In this document: one piece after another, positions 1 through 9,523 of the stretch
Position numbering within the stretch: position 1 is the first letter of the stretch
Layout of the letters: each line of letters opens with the position of its first letter
IMG/VR virus record: IMGVR_UViG_2681813004_000022
DNA from: a virus
Lineage: Duplodnaviria; Heunggongvirae; Uroviricota; Caudoviricetes
Direction: 5' to 3' (one strand)
Length of the DNA: 38,772 nt
The notes under the pieces: model-generated
Databases searched by the model: none
Told to the model about the DNA's origin: nothing
Seen by the model: only the letters and a program-made list of their open reading frames with translations
Translations under genes and position numbers: made by a program

Positions 1-1053
1 TTACGGGGTAATGCCAACCGCTGCCGCCACTTTGTCGCCACTTGGCAGCGTTGCCAGAGGATTGAAACGGAGCGCCGTTTCCAGATGATCCGGTGCCAGA
101 TGAGCGTAACGCATAGTCATTTTTATATCGTGATGTCCGAGGATTTTTTGCAAAGCAAGGATATTTCCACCCGACATCATGAAATGCGCCGCAAACGTAT
201 GGCGCAGAACGTGTGTCAGTTGACCGCGAGGGAGCACGATTGACGTTTTTTCCATCACGGATAAAAATTGAAAATAGCAGTCTGTGAAGAAATTGAACCC
301 ATCAAGCGCCATGATCTCTTCATAAAGCTCTTTACTGATAGGGATGCTTCTGTTTTTCTTCCCCTTCGTTCTTACAAAGGTAATTCGGTATTTAGTCACC
401 TGTGATCGGGTAAGGTTTATTGCTTCTCGCCAGCGTGCGCCTGTGCTTAAGCATATCTTGACTACCAGTGCCAGAATTGGGTCCTGACGTTTGCAATCAG
501 CCAGCAGTTCAACAATCTGCTCATGGGTAAGCCATGCCATCTCTTTTTCTGCGATGGTGAATTTTCGCATGTTCTCCAGTGGGTTTGGATACGACCATTC
601 GCCCAGGCGGGATAGTTCGCTAAAAACACTACTTAGATAGCTTTGCTCCAGGTTAATGGTGACCGGGCTTGCTCCTTTCTTCCATTTCTCGCTGAAGTAG
701 ATCTCACCTGTCAGGCGTTTATCTCGATAGTGGGCAAACATTTTAGAGGTGAGATCGGTTGCAAGGGGATTGCCCAGAGCGTCAACCATCAACAGCAATT
801 TATCATAGACATGCTGCCCAGCGGTTAGAGATTTACCATGTAGTTTGAACCATAGCTCAACCACGTCTTTCAGTGTTCGACGATCCACTGATTCTCCCAG
901 CCAGGGCTTTGCTTCGGTTTCTTCCATCGTATGGCGCTCAAAAGCCAGAGCTTCGCCTTTGGTGGCGAATTGTTTACGCACACGACGCCCACTACGTCCG
1001 GCGGGGTAACATTCGCAAAGCCATTTTCCTGTGGTGAGTTTTCGTACTGCCAT
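1..1053 (-). CDS. int: Tyrosine integrase (P2 Int-like)
   Basis: ORF 1-1131 minus; likely ATG at 1053 preceded by GGAGGG RBS. C-terminal RHTFA...GH...Y catalytic motif region and N-terminal similarity to P2 Int (MA..KL..G). Confidence 0.9.
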   Translation of the reverse strand: MAVRKLTTGKWLCECYPAGRSGRRVRKQFATKGEALAFERHTMEETEAKPWLGESVDRRTLKDVVELWFKLHGKSLTAGQHVYDKLLLMVDALGNPLATDLTSKMFAHYRDKRLTGEIYFSEKWKKGASPVTINLEQSYLSSVFSELSRLGEWSYPNPLENMRKFTIAEKEMAWLTHEQIVELLADCKRQDPILALVVKICLSTGARWREAINLTRSQVTKYRITFVRTKGKKNRSIPISKELYEEIMALDGFNFFTDCYFQFLSVMEKTSIVLPRGQLTHVLRHTFAAHFMMSGGNILALQKILGHHDIKMTMRYAHLAPDHLETALRFNPLATLPSGDKVAAAVGITP

Positions 1054-1239
1054 AAAAAATGCCCTCCAATAGAGAGCATTTTTACTGTATATATAACCAG
1101 TGTCAATGTATGAAATCCTGCGACCATACATCTCACTGAAGCCATAATGAAGTTGGCTATTTTTTGCTATGTGAGTATGTGACTTTTGCGGTTAGCCTGC
1201 GGCTCATTGTTATATTAGGCGCAGATATAAAAGCAAAAT

Positions 1240-1431
1240 TTATCGCGAGTTTTTAGTACAGATTTTTTTTGATTTACTAATAGTTCCATCATTGCAAACG
1301 AACTTTCCATCGGAGGTACAGTGAGAGACACCTCCCTTTTTCCCAGAACAAGGATAATTTTTAGCATAGGTAGTTAGTGGGTTTAATAACAAAGAGCATG
1401 ATAAAACCACAAAAAATACCTTACCAAGCAT
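1240..1431 (-). CDS. Small secreted cysteine-rich protein (moron between int and repressor)
   Basis: 63-aa ORF with strong GGGAGGA RBS, N-terminal hydrophobic signal-like segment and 6 Cys; visibly AT-rich surroundings. Confidence 0.5.
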   Translation of the reverse strand: MLGKVFFVVLSCSLLLNPLTTYAKNYPCSGKKGGVSHCTSDGKFVCNDGTISKSKKICTKNSR

Positions 1432-1446
1432 AGTTTCCTCCCGATA

Positions 1447-2022
1447 TTACCTAACGTACTTAATTGTTAAACTTATAATTTTCCCAATTATTTCAACATC
1501 TTCTATCTTGCACTCGAAGGCTCTGTTTCCACCTTCAACGAAGATTCTTCCACCGGGTAAACGAGTAATGTCGCGGATTGTTATTTCGCCATCAATACTT
1601 ATTACCCATTTACCGTCACGTATATCATCAAATTCTTTATCACAAATAAATTCAGAATTGTTATCTGTGATGACAAAAGGTTTTTTAAACGTAGAGGGTA
1701 GAAATCCCTTATCAAAAATATAAAAACCGTCTTCACGCAAGGCACCATCAGATAATACATATTTAGCAACTTCCATAGTATTTGTATTACCTGAAGTTTG
1801 CTTTGAACCATGTCCGGTTGTGAGCCAATTAAGCGAGGTGCCCGTTTCAAGGGCGCACTGGATTACCCATTCTGCTGGGAATGAGTCACGCATGTAGCGT
1901 GTGGCGAGTGTACTTTTAGAGATTCCTAAATGATCGCACAACGCCTGTCGAGTTTTGAATCCATAAGCTTCTACCATGCGCTCTATAGCGCCTCGTCCGC
2001 CTTTCTCCAAATTCATGGTCAC
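1447..2022 (-). CDS. cI: CI-like immunity repressor (186 CI size class, 191 aa)
   Basis: Position next to int, N-terminal HTH-like segment (TRQALCDHLGISKSTLATRY), size like 186 CI. Start may be GTG at 2022 or ATG at 2016. Confidence 0.8.
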   Translation of the reverse strand: MTMNLEKGGRGAIERMVEAYGFKTRQALCDHLGISKSTLATRYMRDSFPAEWVIQCALETGTSLNWLTTGHGSKQTSGNTNTMEVAKYVLSDGALREDGFYIFDKGFLPSTFKKPFVITDNNSEFICDKEFDDIRDGKWVISIDGEITIRDITRLPGGRIFVEGGNRAFECKIEDVEIIGKIISLTIKYVR

Positions 2023-2040
2023 TCCAAGTGAACTTTTATC

Positions 2041-2069
2041 TTGACGATTTCACTGTGCGATCGTATGTT
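2041..2069 (+). promoter_or_regulatory. Candidate sigma70 early promoter (pR-like), TTGACG-17bp-TATGTT
   Basis: TTGACG at 2041-2046, 17-bp spacer, TATGTT at 2064-2069, located in the repressor/early-gene intergenic switch region. Confidence 0.3.
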
Positions 2070-2141
2070 TATGGTGTTCACAAAATACAAACGATCCGTA
2101 TTCGTCCTGATTAATCATCATTAAACGAGGAATGTTGCATC

Positions 2142-2363
2142 ATGAGACCTAACATTTCAATCACTCTTACCACGCCTCATGTGACTATTGAACGCTATAG
2201 CGAGCTGACAGGGCTGTCCATCGATACCATCAATGACATGTTGGCTGACGGACGCCTTATCCGTCACCGTCTGCGCAAAGATAAAAAACGTGAAAAAGTG
2301 ATGATCAACATAGCAGCCATGACCGTTGATGCGCTTTCAGAATGCAATCTAAACCTTAATTAG
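2142..2363 (+). CDS. Apl/Cox-like small DNA-binding regulator/excisionase
   Basis: First rightward ORF after the switch region, 73 aa, GAGGA RBS; position equals cox (P2) / apl (186). Confidence 0.55.
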   Translation: MRPNISITLTTPHVTIERYSELTGLSIDTINDMLADGRLIRHRLRKDKKREKVMINIAAMTVDALSECNLNLN

Positions 2364-2395
2364 TTCGATTCTGAAATACATCAGAGGCATTGACC

Positions 2396-2905
2396 ATGTT
2401 TGATTACCAAGTTTCCAAACATCCACATTTTGATGAAGCCTGTCGTGCATTCGCATTGCGCCACAACCTAGTGCAACTGGCAGAACGTGCAGGCATGAAT
2501 GTGCAGATTCTGCGGAACAAGCTGAACCCAGCTCAACCTCATTTATTAACCGCACCAGAAATCTGGTTGCTTACCGATCTGACTGAAGATTCAACGCTGG
2601 TAGATGGCTTTCTGGCACAGATTCACTGCCTGCCATGTGTACCGATTAATGAGGTGGCAAAAGAGAAACTGCCGCATTACGTCATGAGTGCAACTGCAGA
2701 GATAGGGCGTGTCGCGGCAGGTGCGGTTTCTGGCGATGTAAAAACCAGTGCAGGCCGTCGTGATGCGATCAGCAGCATTAACTCTGTTACACGACTGATG
2801 GCGCTGGCTGCTGTTTCATTGCAGGCCCGTTTACAGGCTAATCCTGCGATGGCGAGTGCAGTTGATACCGTGACTGGCCTCGGTGCTTCATTCGGTTTGC
2901 TGTGA
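2396..2905 (+). CDS. cII: CII-like phage regulatory protein
   Basis: About 169 aa from ATG 2396, second gene of the early operon as in phage 186; recognised by position and size, not verified by search. Confidence 0.55.
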   Translation: MFDYQVSKHPHFDEACRAFALRHNLVQLAERAGMNVQILRNKLNPAQPHLLTAPEIWLLTDLTEDSTLVDGFLAQIHCLPCVPINEVAKEKLPHYVMSATAEIGRVAAGAVSGDVKTSAGRRDAISSINSVTRLMALAAVSLQARLQANPAMASAVDTVTGLGASFGLL

Positions 2906-2912
2906 GGTGCTT

Positions 2913-3113
2913 ATGCTGACGAAAGAACCATCATTTGCATCGCTGCTGGTAAAACAAAGTCCGGCAATGCACTACGGTCACGGCTGGATCATGGGTGAGG
3001 ATGGTAAACGCTGGCATCCGTGCCGTTCACAAGATGAATTGCTGGCAGAACTATCTACGAAAAAACGGGGGAACAAATGGCTATTGAAGGCGCTGCGGCG
3101 ACTGTTCCATTAA
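2913..3113 (+). CDS. Hypothetical early protein (Fil-like position)
   Basis: ORF with GAGGTG RBS and ATG 2913; early operon context. Confidence 0.45.
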   Translation: MLTKEPSFASLLVKQSPAMHYGHGWIMGEDGKRWHPCRSQDELLAELSTKKRGNKWLLKALRRLFH

Positions 3114-3418
3114 GACCCGGTGAACGCCTGAATGGACTTAATCATATTGCGGAGTTAAGGGCGAAAGTTTTTGGTTTGAATATTGAGTCAGAGCTTGAGC
3201 GGTTTATTAAAGATATGCGTGATCCTCGGGATATCAATAATGAACAAAATAAACGGGCACTGGCTGCCATATTCTTTATGGCAAAAATTCCAGCTGAACG
3301 TCATAGCATCAGCATTAATGAGCTGACCACTGACGAAAAGCGGGAGTTGATTAAAGCAATGAATCATTTTCGTGCAGTGGTGAGCTTATTTCCCAGACGG
3401 CTAACCATGCCGAATTAA
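3077..3418 (+). CDS. Hypothetical early protein
   Basis: 113-aa ORF, GGGGGAA RBS before ATG 3077, overlaps the previous gene end. Confidence 0.45.
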   Translation: MAIEGAAATVPLRPGERLNGLNHIAELRAKVFGLNIESELERFIKDMRDPRDINNEQNKRALAAIFFMAKIPAERHSISINELTTDEKRELIKAMNHFRAVVSLFPRRLTMPN

Positions 3419-3485
3419 CCAACTAATGAAATTAATGGCGTAAACCCGCCGGGCATCCCTTTATCTAAATTCAGGAGAATTGCTT

Positions 3486-3719
3486 ATGCGTAATATTGAA
3501 ACCCTCACGACCAAAACCGGACCGAATGATGCAGGTCTTAATCTTTTACTGACAGAGGCTCGTCTGGAAGAACGCCGGGCAAGGGCTGAAGCAATGGCTG
3601 CTCGCCTCGATAGCCTGGCGTATCATATCACCTCCCGCCAGCTAAACCACGTCGAAGCGGCAGAACTGCTGCGTGTGACTGCTGAAGCAATCCAGAACGA
3701 AGCGCAGGAGATCCACTGA
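3486..3719 (+). CDS. Hypothetical early protein
   Basis: ORF with AGGAG RBS; stop overlaps the next start (TGATG). Confidence 0.45.
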   Translation: MRNIETLTTKTGPNDAGLNLLLTEARLEERRARAEAMAARLDSLAYHITSRQLNHVEAAELLRVTAEAIQNEAQEIH

Positions 3720-3946
3720 TGGCTGATGCAATGGATCTCGTACAGCAGCGCGTTGAAGAAGAACGCCAACGCCATATCCGTGCTGCCCGTGCCAAAACGC
3801 CGGGCGTGTCCCGCGTGCTTTGCGTTGAGTGTGAAGCGCCAATTCCGCCAGCACGCCGCCGTGCCATTCCGGGTGTGCAGCTTTGCATTACCTGTCAGGA
3901 AATCGCAGAGCTGAAAGGCAAACATTACAACGGAGGTGCTGTATGA
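3719..3946 (+). CDS. TraR/DksA-family C4 zinc-finger protein
   Basis: 75 aa with CxxC...CxxC pairs (CVECEAPIP...LCITCQ) typical of the TraR/DksA zinc finger; start overlaps the upstream stop. Confidence 0.65.
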   Translation: MADAMDLVQQRVEEERQRHIRAARAKTPGVSRVLCVECEAPIPPARRRAIPGVQLCITCQEIAELKGKHYNGGAV

Positions 3947-4800
3947 GCACCATCCTGAAATGGGCAGGAAATAAAACCGCCATAATGTCCGAACTGAAAA
4001 AGCATCTTCCTGCTGGCCCGCGACTGGTTGAACCTTTCGCGGGTTCCTGTGCAGTGATGATGGAGACGGATTATCCCAGCTATCTTGTTGCGGATATTAA
4101 TCCTGATTTAATCAACCTCTATAAAAAGGTTGCTGCTGATTGTGAGGCGTTTATATCTCGTGCCAGAGCTTTATTTGAGGAAGCAAACAGGGAGGTGGCT
4201 TATTACAACATAAGGCAGGAGTTTAATTACTCCACTGAAATTACTGATTTCATGAAAGCGGTATATTTCCTGTATCTCAATCGTCACGGTTACCGTGGTT
4301 TATGTCGCTATAACAAGAGCGGGCATTTCAACATTCCCTACGGTAATTATAAAAATCCGTATTTCCCTGAAAAAGAAATTCGCGCATTTGCAGAGAAAGC
4401 CCAGCGGGCAACGTTTATCTGCGCCAGCTTTGATGAAACGCTGGCGATGTTGAAGGCGGGGGATGTGGTGTATTGCGATCCGCCTTATGACGGTACGTTT
4501 TCCGGCTATCACGCTGACGGCTTTACTGAAGATGACCAGTATCACCTGGCATCCGTTCTTGAACATCGGTCATCAGAAGGACATCCGGTCATTGTTTCTA
4601 ACAGTGACACATCCCTGATCCGTTCGCTGTATCGCAATTTTACTCACCACTATATCAAGGTAAAACGCAGCATCGGCGTAGCAGCTGGTGAGAGTAAATC
4701 AGCAACAGAAATCATTGCTGTTTCCGGGCCGCGCTGCTGGGTGGGATTTGATTATTCGCGTGGCGTGGATAGTTCTGCCGTGTACGGAGTACGTGCATGA
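3943..4800 (+). CDS. dam: DNA adenine methyltransferase (Dam-like, N6-A MTase with DPPY motif)
   Basis: Motifs [32 protein letters not shown] and DPPY align with E. coli Dam as I recall it; GGAGG RBS; ATG overlaps the upstream stop. Confidence 0.9.
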   Translation: MSTILKWAGNKTAIMSELKKHLPAGPRLVEPFAGSCAVMMETDYPSYLVADINPDLINLYKKVAADCEAFISRARALFEEANREVAYYNIRQEFNYSTEITDFMKAVYFLYLNRHGYRGLCRYNKSGHFNIPYGNYKNPYFPEKEIRAFAEKAQRATFICASFDETLAMLKAGDVVYCDPPYDGTFSGYHADGFTEDDQYHLASVLEHRSSEGHPVIVSNSDTSLIRSLYRNFTHHYIKVKRSIGVAAGESKSATEIIAVSGPRCWVGFDYSRGVDSSAVYGVRA

Positions 4801-7211
4801 GCCATGCCGATATGAGCAACTGCTGCGGCTTTAACGAGGCTGCCGCATCGTTCTCATGGAACAGCCCGAAAAAGGCCATTAACCCTTATCTGGACCCGGC
4901 GGAAGTTGCGCCGGTTTCTGCGCTTTCAAACCTGATCACTCTGTACGCTGCCGATAACGAGCAGGAACAACTGCGCCGCGAGGCACTGAGTGATCAGGTC
5001 TGGGAGCGTTATTTCTTTAATGAATCCCGTGATCCTGTCCAACGCGAAATAGAGCAGGATAAGCTCATTAGCCGGGCAAAGTTGGCGCATGAGCAGCAGC
5101 GTTTTAACCCGGACATGGTCATTCTGGCAGACGTCAGCGCCCAGCCCTCCCATATCAGCAAGCCGCTGATGCAACGTATTGAATACTTCAGCAGCCTGGG
5201 CAGGCCAAAGGCTTATTCCCGCTATTTACGTGAGACGATTAAGCCATGTCTGGAACGACTGGAGCATGTACGCGACAGCCAGCTATCTGCATCTTTTCGT
5301 TTTATGGCAAGCCATGTAGGGCTGGACGGCCTGCTGATTCTGCCTGAAATGAGTCAGGATCAGGTGAAACGCCTGTCTACCCTTGTCGCTGCGCATATGA
5401 GCATGTGCCTTGATGCAGCTTGTGGTGATTTGTATGCCACCGATGACGTTAAGCCAGAAGAAATCCGCAAGACATGGGAAAAGGTGGCAGCGGAAACCCT
5501 GCGTCTGGATGTCATCCCGCCTGCGTTTGAGCAACTCCGTCGGAAAAGAAACCGCCGTAAACCCGTGCCCTATGAACTCATTCCGGGTTCGCTGGCGCGT
5601 ATGTTGTGCGCCGACTGGTGGTACCGGAAATTATGGAAAATGCGTTGCGAATGGCGGGAAGAGCAGTTGCGTGCTGTCTGCCTGGTCAGCAAAAAAGCAT
5701 CTCCCTATGTCAGCTATGAAGCCGTGATGCATAAACGTGAGCAGCGCCGCAGGTCACTGGAGTTTTTCCGTTCTCATGAACTGGTGAACGAAGAGGGCGA
5801 CACGCTGGATATGGAAGACGTGGTAAACGCCAGCAGCAGCAACCCGGCGCACCGCCGCAATGAGATGATGGCCTGTGTTAAAGGTCTGGAGCTTATCGCG
5901 GAAATGCGCGGTGACTGCGCCGTTTTCTACACCATTACCTGTCCGTCACGTTTCCATTCCACGCTCAATAACGGCAGACCAAACCCAACCTGGACAAATG
6001 CGACGGTAAGACAAAGCAGCGATTATCTGGTCGGCATGTTTGCTGCATTTCGTAAGGCGATGCACAAAGCCGGGTTGCGCTGGTATGGCGTGCGGGTGGC
6101 TGAGCCGCATCATGACGGTACAGTTCACTGGCACCTGTTGTGTTTCATGCGCAAAAAAGACCGCCGCGCCATTACTGCATTGTTGCGTAAGTTTGCCATC
6201 CGTGAAGACCGCGAGGAACTGGGTAATAACACTGGTCCACGCTTTAAATCTGAGCTGATAAACCCGCGCAAAGGAACGCCGACAAGCTACATCGCGAAAT
6301 ACATCAGTAAGAACATTGACGGGCGTGGTCTGGCTGGCGAGATCAGCAAGGAAACGGGTAAATCCCTGCGTGATAACGCTGAATACGTTAATGCCTGGGC
6401 GTCTCTGCATCGTGTTCAGCAATTCCGCTTCTTTGGTATTCCGGGACGTCAGGCTTACCGTGAACTTCGCTTGCTGGCTGGTCAGGCGGCAAGGCAACAG
6501 GGTGACAAAAAAGCAGGTGCGCCGGTACTGGATAACCCGCGTCTTGATGCCATTCTGGCTGCTGCTGATGCTGGTTGTTTTGCCACCTACATCATGAAGC
6601 AGGGCGGCGTACTGGTTCCCCGCAAATATCACCTCATCAGAACCGCTTATGAAATCAACGAAGAGCCAACCGCCTATGGCGATCACGGTATTCGTATTTA
6701 TGGCATCTGGTCACCCATTGCAGAGGGCAAGATCTGCACTCATGCAGTGAAGTGGAAAATGGTTCGTAAGGCCGTTGACGTTCAGGAGGCGGCAGCCGAC
6801 CAGGGCGCTTGCGCCCCTTGGACTCGTGGCAATAACTGTCCCCTTGCTGAAAATTTGAACCAACATGAGAAAGATGAATCAGCAGATGGGGATACCAGAA
6901 CGGACATTACCTGCATGGATGACAAGGAATTGCACGATTACCTGCACAGTATGAGCAAAAAAGAGCGCCGGGAACTGGCAGCAAGATTGCGCCTGGTTAA
7001 ACCGAAACGGCGTAAAGACTACAAACAGCGAATTACAGAGTATCAGCGTCAGCAGCTCGTCTATGAACTGAAGTCCAGAGGATTTGATGGCAGCGAGAAA
7101 GAGGTCGATTTGCTCCTTTGCGGTGGCAGTATTCCGTCAGGAGCAGGCCTGCGTATCTTCTATCGGAACCAGCGTTTGCAGGAAGATGATAAGTGGCGGA
7201 ACCTGTATTAA
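4797..7211 (+). CDS. A: Replication initiation endonuclease (P2 gpA-like rolling-circle initiator)
   Basis: 804 aa; HUH-like motif (GTVHWHLL) and paired tyrosines (YIAKYISK) characteristic of gpA-type initiators; ATGA overlap with dam. Confidence 0.85.
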   Translation: MSHADMSNCCGFNEAAASFSWNSPKKAINPYLDPAEVAPVSALSNLITLYAADNEQEQLRREALSDQVWERYFFNESRDPVQREIEQDKLISRAKLAHEQQRFNPDMVILADVSAQPSHISKPLMQRIEYFSSLGRPKAYSRYLRETIKPCLERLEHVRDSQLSASFRFMASHVGLDGLLILPEMSQDQVKRLSTLVAAHMSMCLDAACGDLYATDDVKPEEIRKTWEKVAAETLRLDVIPPAFEQLRRKRNRRKPVPYELIPGSLARMLCADWWYRKLWKMRCEWREEQLRAVCLVSKKASPYVSYEAVMHKREQRRRSLEFFRSHELVNEEGDTLDMEDVVNASSSNPAHRRNEMMACVKGLELIAEMRGDCAVFYTITCPSRFHSTLNNGRPNPTWTNATVRQSSDYLVGMFAAFRKAMHKAGLRWYGVRVAEPHHDGTVHWHLLCFMRKKDRRAITALLRKFAIREDREELGNNTGPRFKSELINPRKGTPTSYIAKYISKNIDGRGLAGEISKETGKSLRDNAEYVNAWASLHRVQQFRFFGIPGRQAYRELRLLAGQAARQQGDKKAGAPVLDNPRLDAILAAADAGCFATYIMKQGGVLVPRKYHLIRTAYEINEEPTAYGDHGIRIYGIWSPIAEGKICTHAVKWKMVRKAVDVQEAAADQGACAPWTRGNNCPLAENLNQHEKDESADGDTRTDITCMDDKELHDYLHSMSKKERRELAARLRLVKPKRRKDYKQRITEYQRQQLVYELKSRGFDGSEKEVDLLLCGGSIPSGAGLRIFYRNQRLQEDDKWRNLY

Positions 7212-7364
7212 TCACGCGGGTTAACAATTCGTGCTCTTAATAATACCAGGCATATCAGGCTGATGAACGTAAAAAAACGTTTTACATCAGTAAGATTATT
7301 ATATACTGTAAATATAAACAGTGGTTATATGTACAGTATTGCGTATGGTGTTATAGGAGGAAAG

Positions 7365-7553
7365 ATGCAGGACTATTTTTTGGAGTCTTTGAAGCTCCAG
7401 CGCATTGATTTTTTTCTTAAGCTTGTAGCGGCTAGTGAGTGTAGTGATGAAGAGAAGGGGCTAGCTCTGCAGTGGGTTTCTGAATTGACTGATGAGTTGA
7501 TGGCGAAAATTCGAAGCCATGAATACAGTAGGTCGATGGATGTAATCAGTTGA
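7365..7553 (+). CDS. Small acidic hypothetical protein (62 aa)
   Basis: AGGAGG RBS 5 nt before ATG 7365; followed by an intrinsic terminator. Function unknown. Confidence 0.4.
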   Translation: MQDYFLESLKLQRIDFFLKLVAASECSDEEKGLALQWVSELTDELMAKIRSHEYSRSMDVIS

Positions 7554-7585
7554 GCTTGTTTCGTTAGGACTTGATAAGGGAACCG

Positions 7586-7608
7586 AAAAGGGGCATTAAG
7601 CCCCTTTC
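7586..7608. terminator. Bidirectional intrinsic terminator between convergent genes
   Basis: GGGGC-ATTAA-GCCCC hairpin flanked by an A-run on the left and a T-run on the right. Confidence 0.5.
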
Positions 7609-7620
7609 TCATAAGTTGAT

Positions 7621-7920
7621 TTAGTTGTTACCCAAAGAGCCGGCCATGGCTGCATATTTAATTTCTTCGCTGGGTATTTCAGGATGTAGTTGAATTTGCC
7701 TGATGATATAGCCAGGAACTTCTTCACTCCACAGTTTCGCCGCGTCCTTACAGACCTTATACGCGAAGTCTCTATTCTCAAAGGCATAGGATTTTCCGTA
7801 TGCATATTGCTGACAGGCATGAACATAAGCTCCGAAGTCGCCGTCTTTATCTGGCAAAGCACATCCAGCTAAGGCTATGATGATTGCTACTAACGTAAAG
7901 GAGAAAGTTATACGTTTCAT
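7621..7920 (-). CDS. Small lipoprotein (99 aa), function unknown
   Basis: Signal peptide with lipobox LAGC (MKRITFSFTLVAIIIALAGC). Confidence 0.6.
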   Translation of the reverse strand: MKRITFSFTLVAIIIALAGCALPDKDGDFGAYVHACQQYAYGKSYAFENRDFAYKVCKDAAKLWSEEVPGYIIRQIQLHPEIPSEEIKYAAMAGSLGNN

Positions 7921-8028
7921 GGTCTCTTTCTAAGCGTTTAGCATTATTTAACTAAGGGGTATCTGCCGTGATTTGGTAGTCCCTGATATATATTCTCAGG
8001 GACTATGCTGAAGTAGCTTTAATTTTGA

Positions 8029-8835
8029 TTATTTAGAAAGGTACTTATCTCTAAGTTGATTCAGTCTGTCAGCATCGCGTTCTGAAAACTCGGCGTCACC
8101 ATAGATCGATTTCCCATCTGCGTCTTCAAGGCCAATGACTGTGACGGTAAATATAGCATCAGCCGGAACTTTAAGTTTTCCCCAATCAGAGTATCTATTA
8201 GGGGCTAATTTCCAGTTGGCTTTCTCACCTGGTTCCAGACCTCCAGAAATTTTATAGTTGAAGACGTCAGAGAACCAAGGGACGCTTCTTCCTGGGCTGG
8301 CAATAACTCCTTTGAAGAATACTCTGGCAACCGCTTTGTCTGTTTCGTTTTCAACGCTAATATCTAGAATTGGCTGATCATTGCCGTAATCCTCTTTCTG
8401 GAAATAAAAACGGGAACGTTCGACCTTGAAGGCTTTCATTTTTTCCGCAGCCTGTGTTGCAGAGGTTTGTTTGGCTTCCAGTTCTTTTATTTCTTGCAGA
8501 GCCTGTTCTTTCTCTCTCTTCTCACGCTCAAGGCGAATAGTTTGTGCGTAATTTATAACCTCATCACCAGTTTTACCTTCCAACGCTGACTTAATTTTTG
8601 TTTCGTAGACGTCCCCAGAAGACGTTCCAGCCTGCATTAGCTCTCTCATGTTGATTTGGCTAAAGGCAACGACTTTAACTGCATCATCAAACTGAGCTTT
8701 TTTATCTGCAGGTAAGGACTCTCTTACTTTTTGAATGGACTCTTTCATCGACTGATCGCTTGATGCATCGATCTTCGGTTTGTCACAAGCAGTAAGCAGC
8801 AGAGCAAAAGCAATTACGCCAGTTAATTTCTTCAT
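8029..8835 (-). CDS. Lipoprotein (about 268 aa), function unknown
   Basis: Probable start MKKLTGVIAFALLLTAC (lipobox LTAC) at 8835 with AGGGA RBS; the longer ORF-track start at 8907 would translate a hairpin/T-run. Confidence 0.6.
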   Translation of the reverse strand: MKKLTGVIAFALLLTACDKPKIDASSDQSMKESIQKVRESLPADKKAQFDDAVKVVAFSQINMRELMQAGTSSGDVYETKIKSALEGKTGDEVINYAQTIRLEREKREKEQALQEIKELEAKQTSATQAAEKMKAFKVERSRFYFQKEDYGNDQPILDISVENETDKAVARVFFKGVIASPGRSVPWFSDVFNYKISGGLEPGEKANWKLAPNRYSDWGKLKVPADAIFTVTVIGLEDADGKSIYGDAEFSERDADRLNQLRDKYLSK

Positions 8836-8852
8836 ATCCCTATCCCAATCGT

Positions 8853-8884
8853 AAAAAAACAAGGCTAATCCTAACAGGATTAGC
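8853..8884 (-). terminator. Terminator-like hairpin plus T7 run in the leader immediately 5' of the lipoprotein gene
   Basis: On the minus strand GCTAATCC-TGTTA-GGATTAGC followed by CTTG and TTTTTTT, ending about 18 nt before the ATG. Confidence 0.3.
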
Positions 8885-9357
8885 GGGCATGACAAACTCA
8901 TAGCCATATAGGTGTGCTGTATAAATTAGCGGGATGAGAAAGCCTGCACAGACCCTCATGTTGAAACTTGATTTTAGCTCAAAAGAGCTGACACTAAATA
9001 ACTGCGCGGAATAATGCTCCACTTTCGGTTAGCCCTTGGCCCTTGCTGGGTAAGGCGTGGGGCCGTTTTCTTCGCCTGATCCTGCTGTATCTGGCCTACA
9101 GTATGTTGTCCTTACGCGACATGCCACATGTCAGTAAACGGCAGGTGTAGCAGTATTAGACGCAGCTATTTAGTGTGTATTAAGCTGGCTCATATTTATG
9201 ACTGGTTTCAAGGTTTGACCGATTTTCATGTCATGCATGTCTATGCTGCATGAGTTCGCATGATCGTTTGAGGATCGGTTTGGCTAAGACATGCCAGAAC
9301 TGGCGGGCTTTTGCTCATGTCATGCAGGTGCATGAAAACTACTACATAAAGCGGGCA

Positions 9358-9376
9358 GGCGTGGCGGGGATACGAG
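9358..9376. other. Candidate cos site (cohesive-end sequence)
   Basis: GGCGTGGCGGGGATACGAG: the first 13 nt match the 186 cos as I recall it (GGCGTGGCGGGGAAAGCAT; P2 GGCGAGGCGGGGAAAGCAC), followed by CGCGCGC as in P2. Lies between A and Q as expected. Confidence 0.4.
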
Positions 9377-9523
9377 CGCGCGCAAGGTATAGAAACAGTC
9401 GTTTGTTTACAAACAGATACTATGATTTTCAATGTTCTTTCAAATTGTTGCTTTAAGATAGCAGGTAGATGTTTGTAGTTGTTGCGTGAACTGATAAGCT
9501 TCAACAACTATCGAGGAAAGGAT

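Noticed and set aside
5946-6686. 246-aa minus-strand ORF antisense to replication gene A
   Set aside because: Lies entirely inside a well-supported coding gene on the other strand, has no RBS and is typical of a spurious antisense ORF in GC-rich coding DNA.
7365-7553. Possible colicin/pyocin immunity-protein resemblance of the 62-aa protein
   Set aside because: Only a vague pattern similarity from memory (DY...FL.LV...SEEE); too weak to assert without a profile search.
8836-8907. Upstream extension of the lipoprotein ORF (start at 8907)
   Set aside because: The extension would translate a perfect hairpin plus T-run, and the downstream Met gives a canonical lipoprotein signal peptide with RBS.
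9397-9412. Short inverted repeat GTTTG-TTTA-CAAAC upstream of the cargo operon
   Set aside because: Only 5-bp arms in AT-rich DNA; expected by chance, so not called as an operator.
9241-9507. 88-aa and 68-aa ORFs in the cos-like intergenic region
   Set aside because: No RBS, overlapping each other on opposite strands in a region better explained as cos and regulatory DNA.
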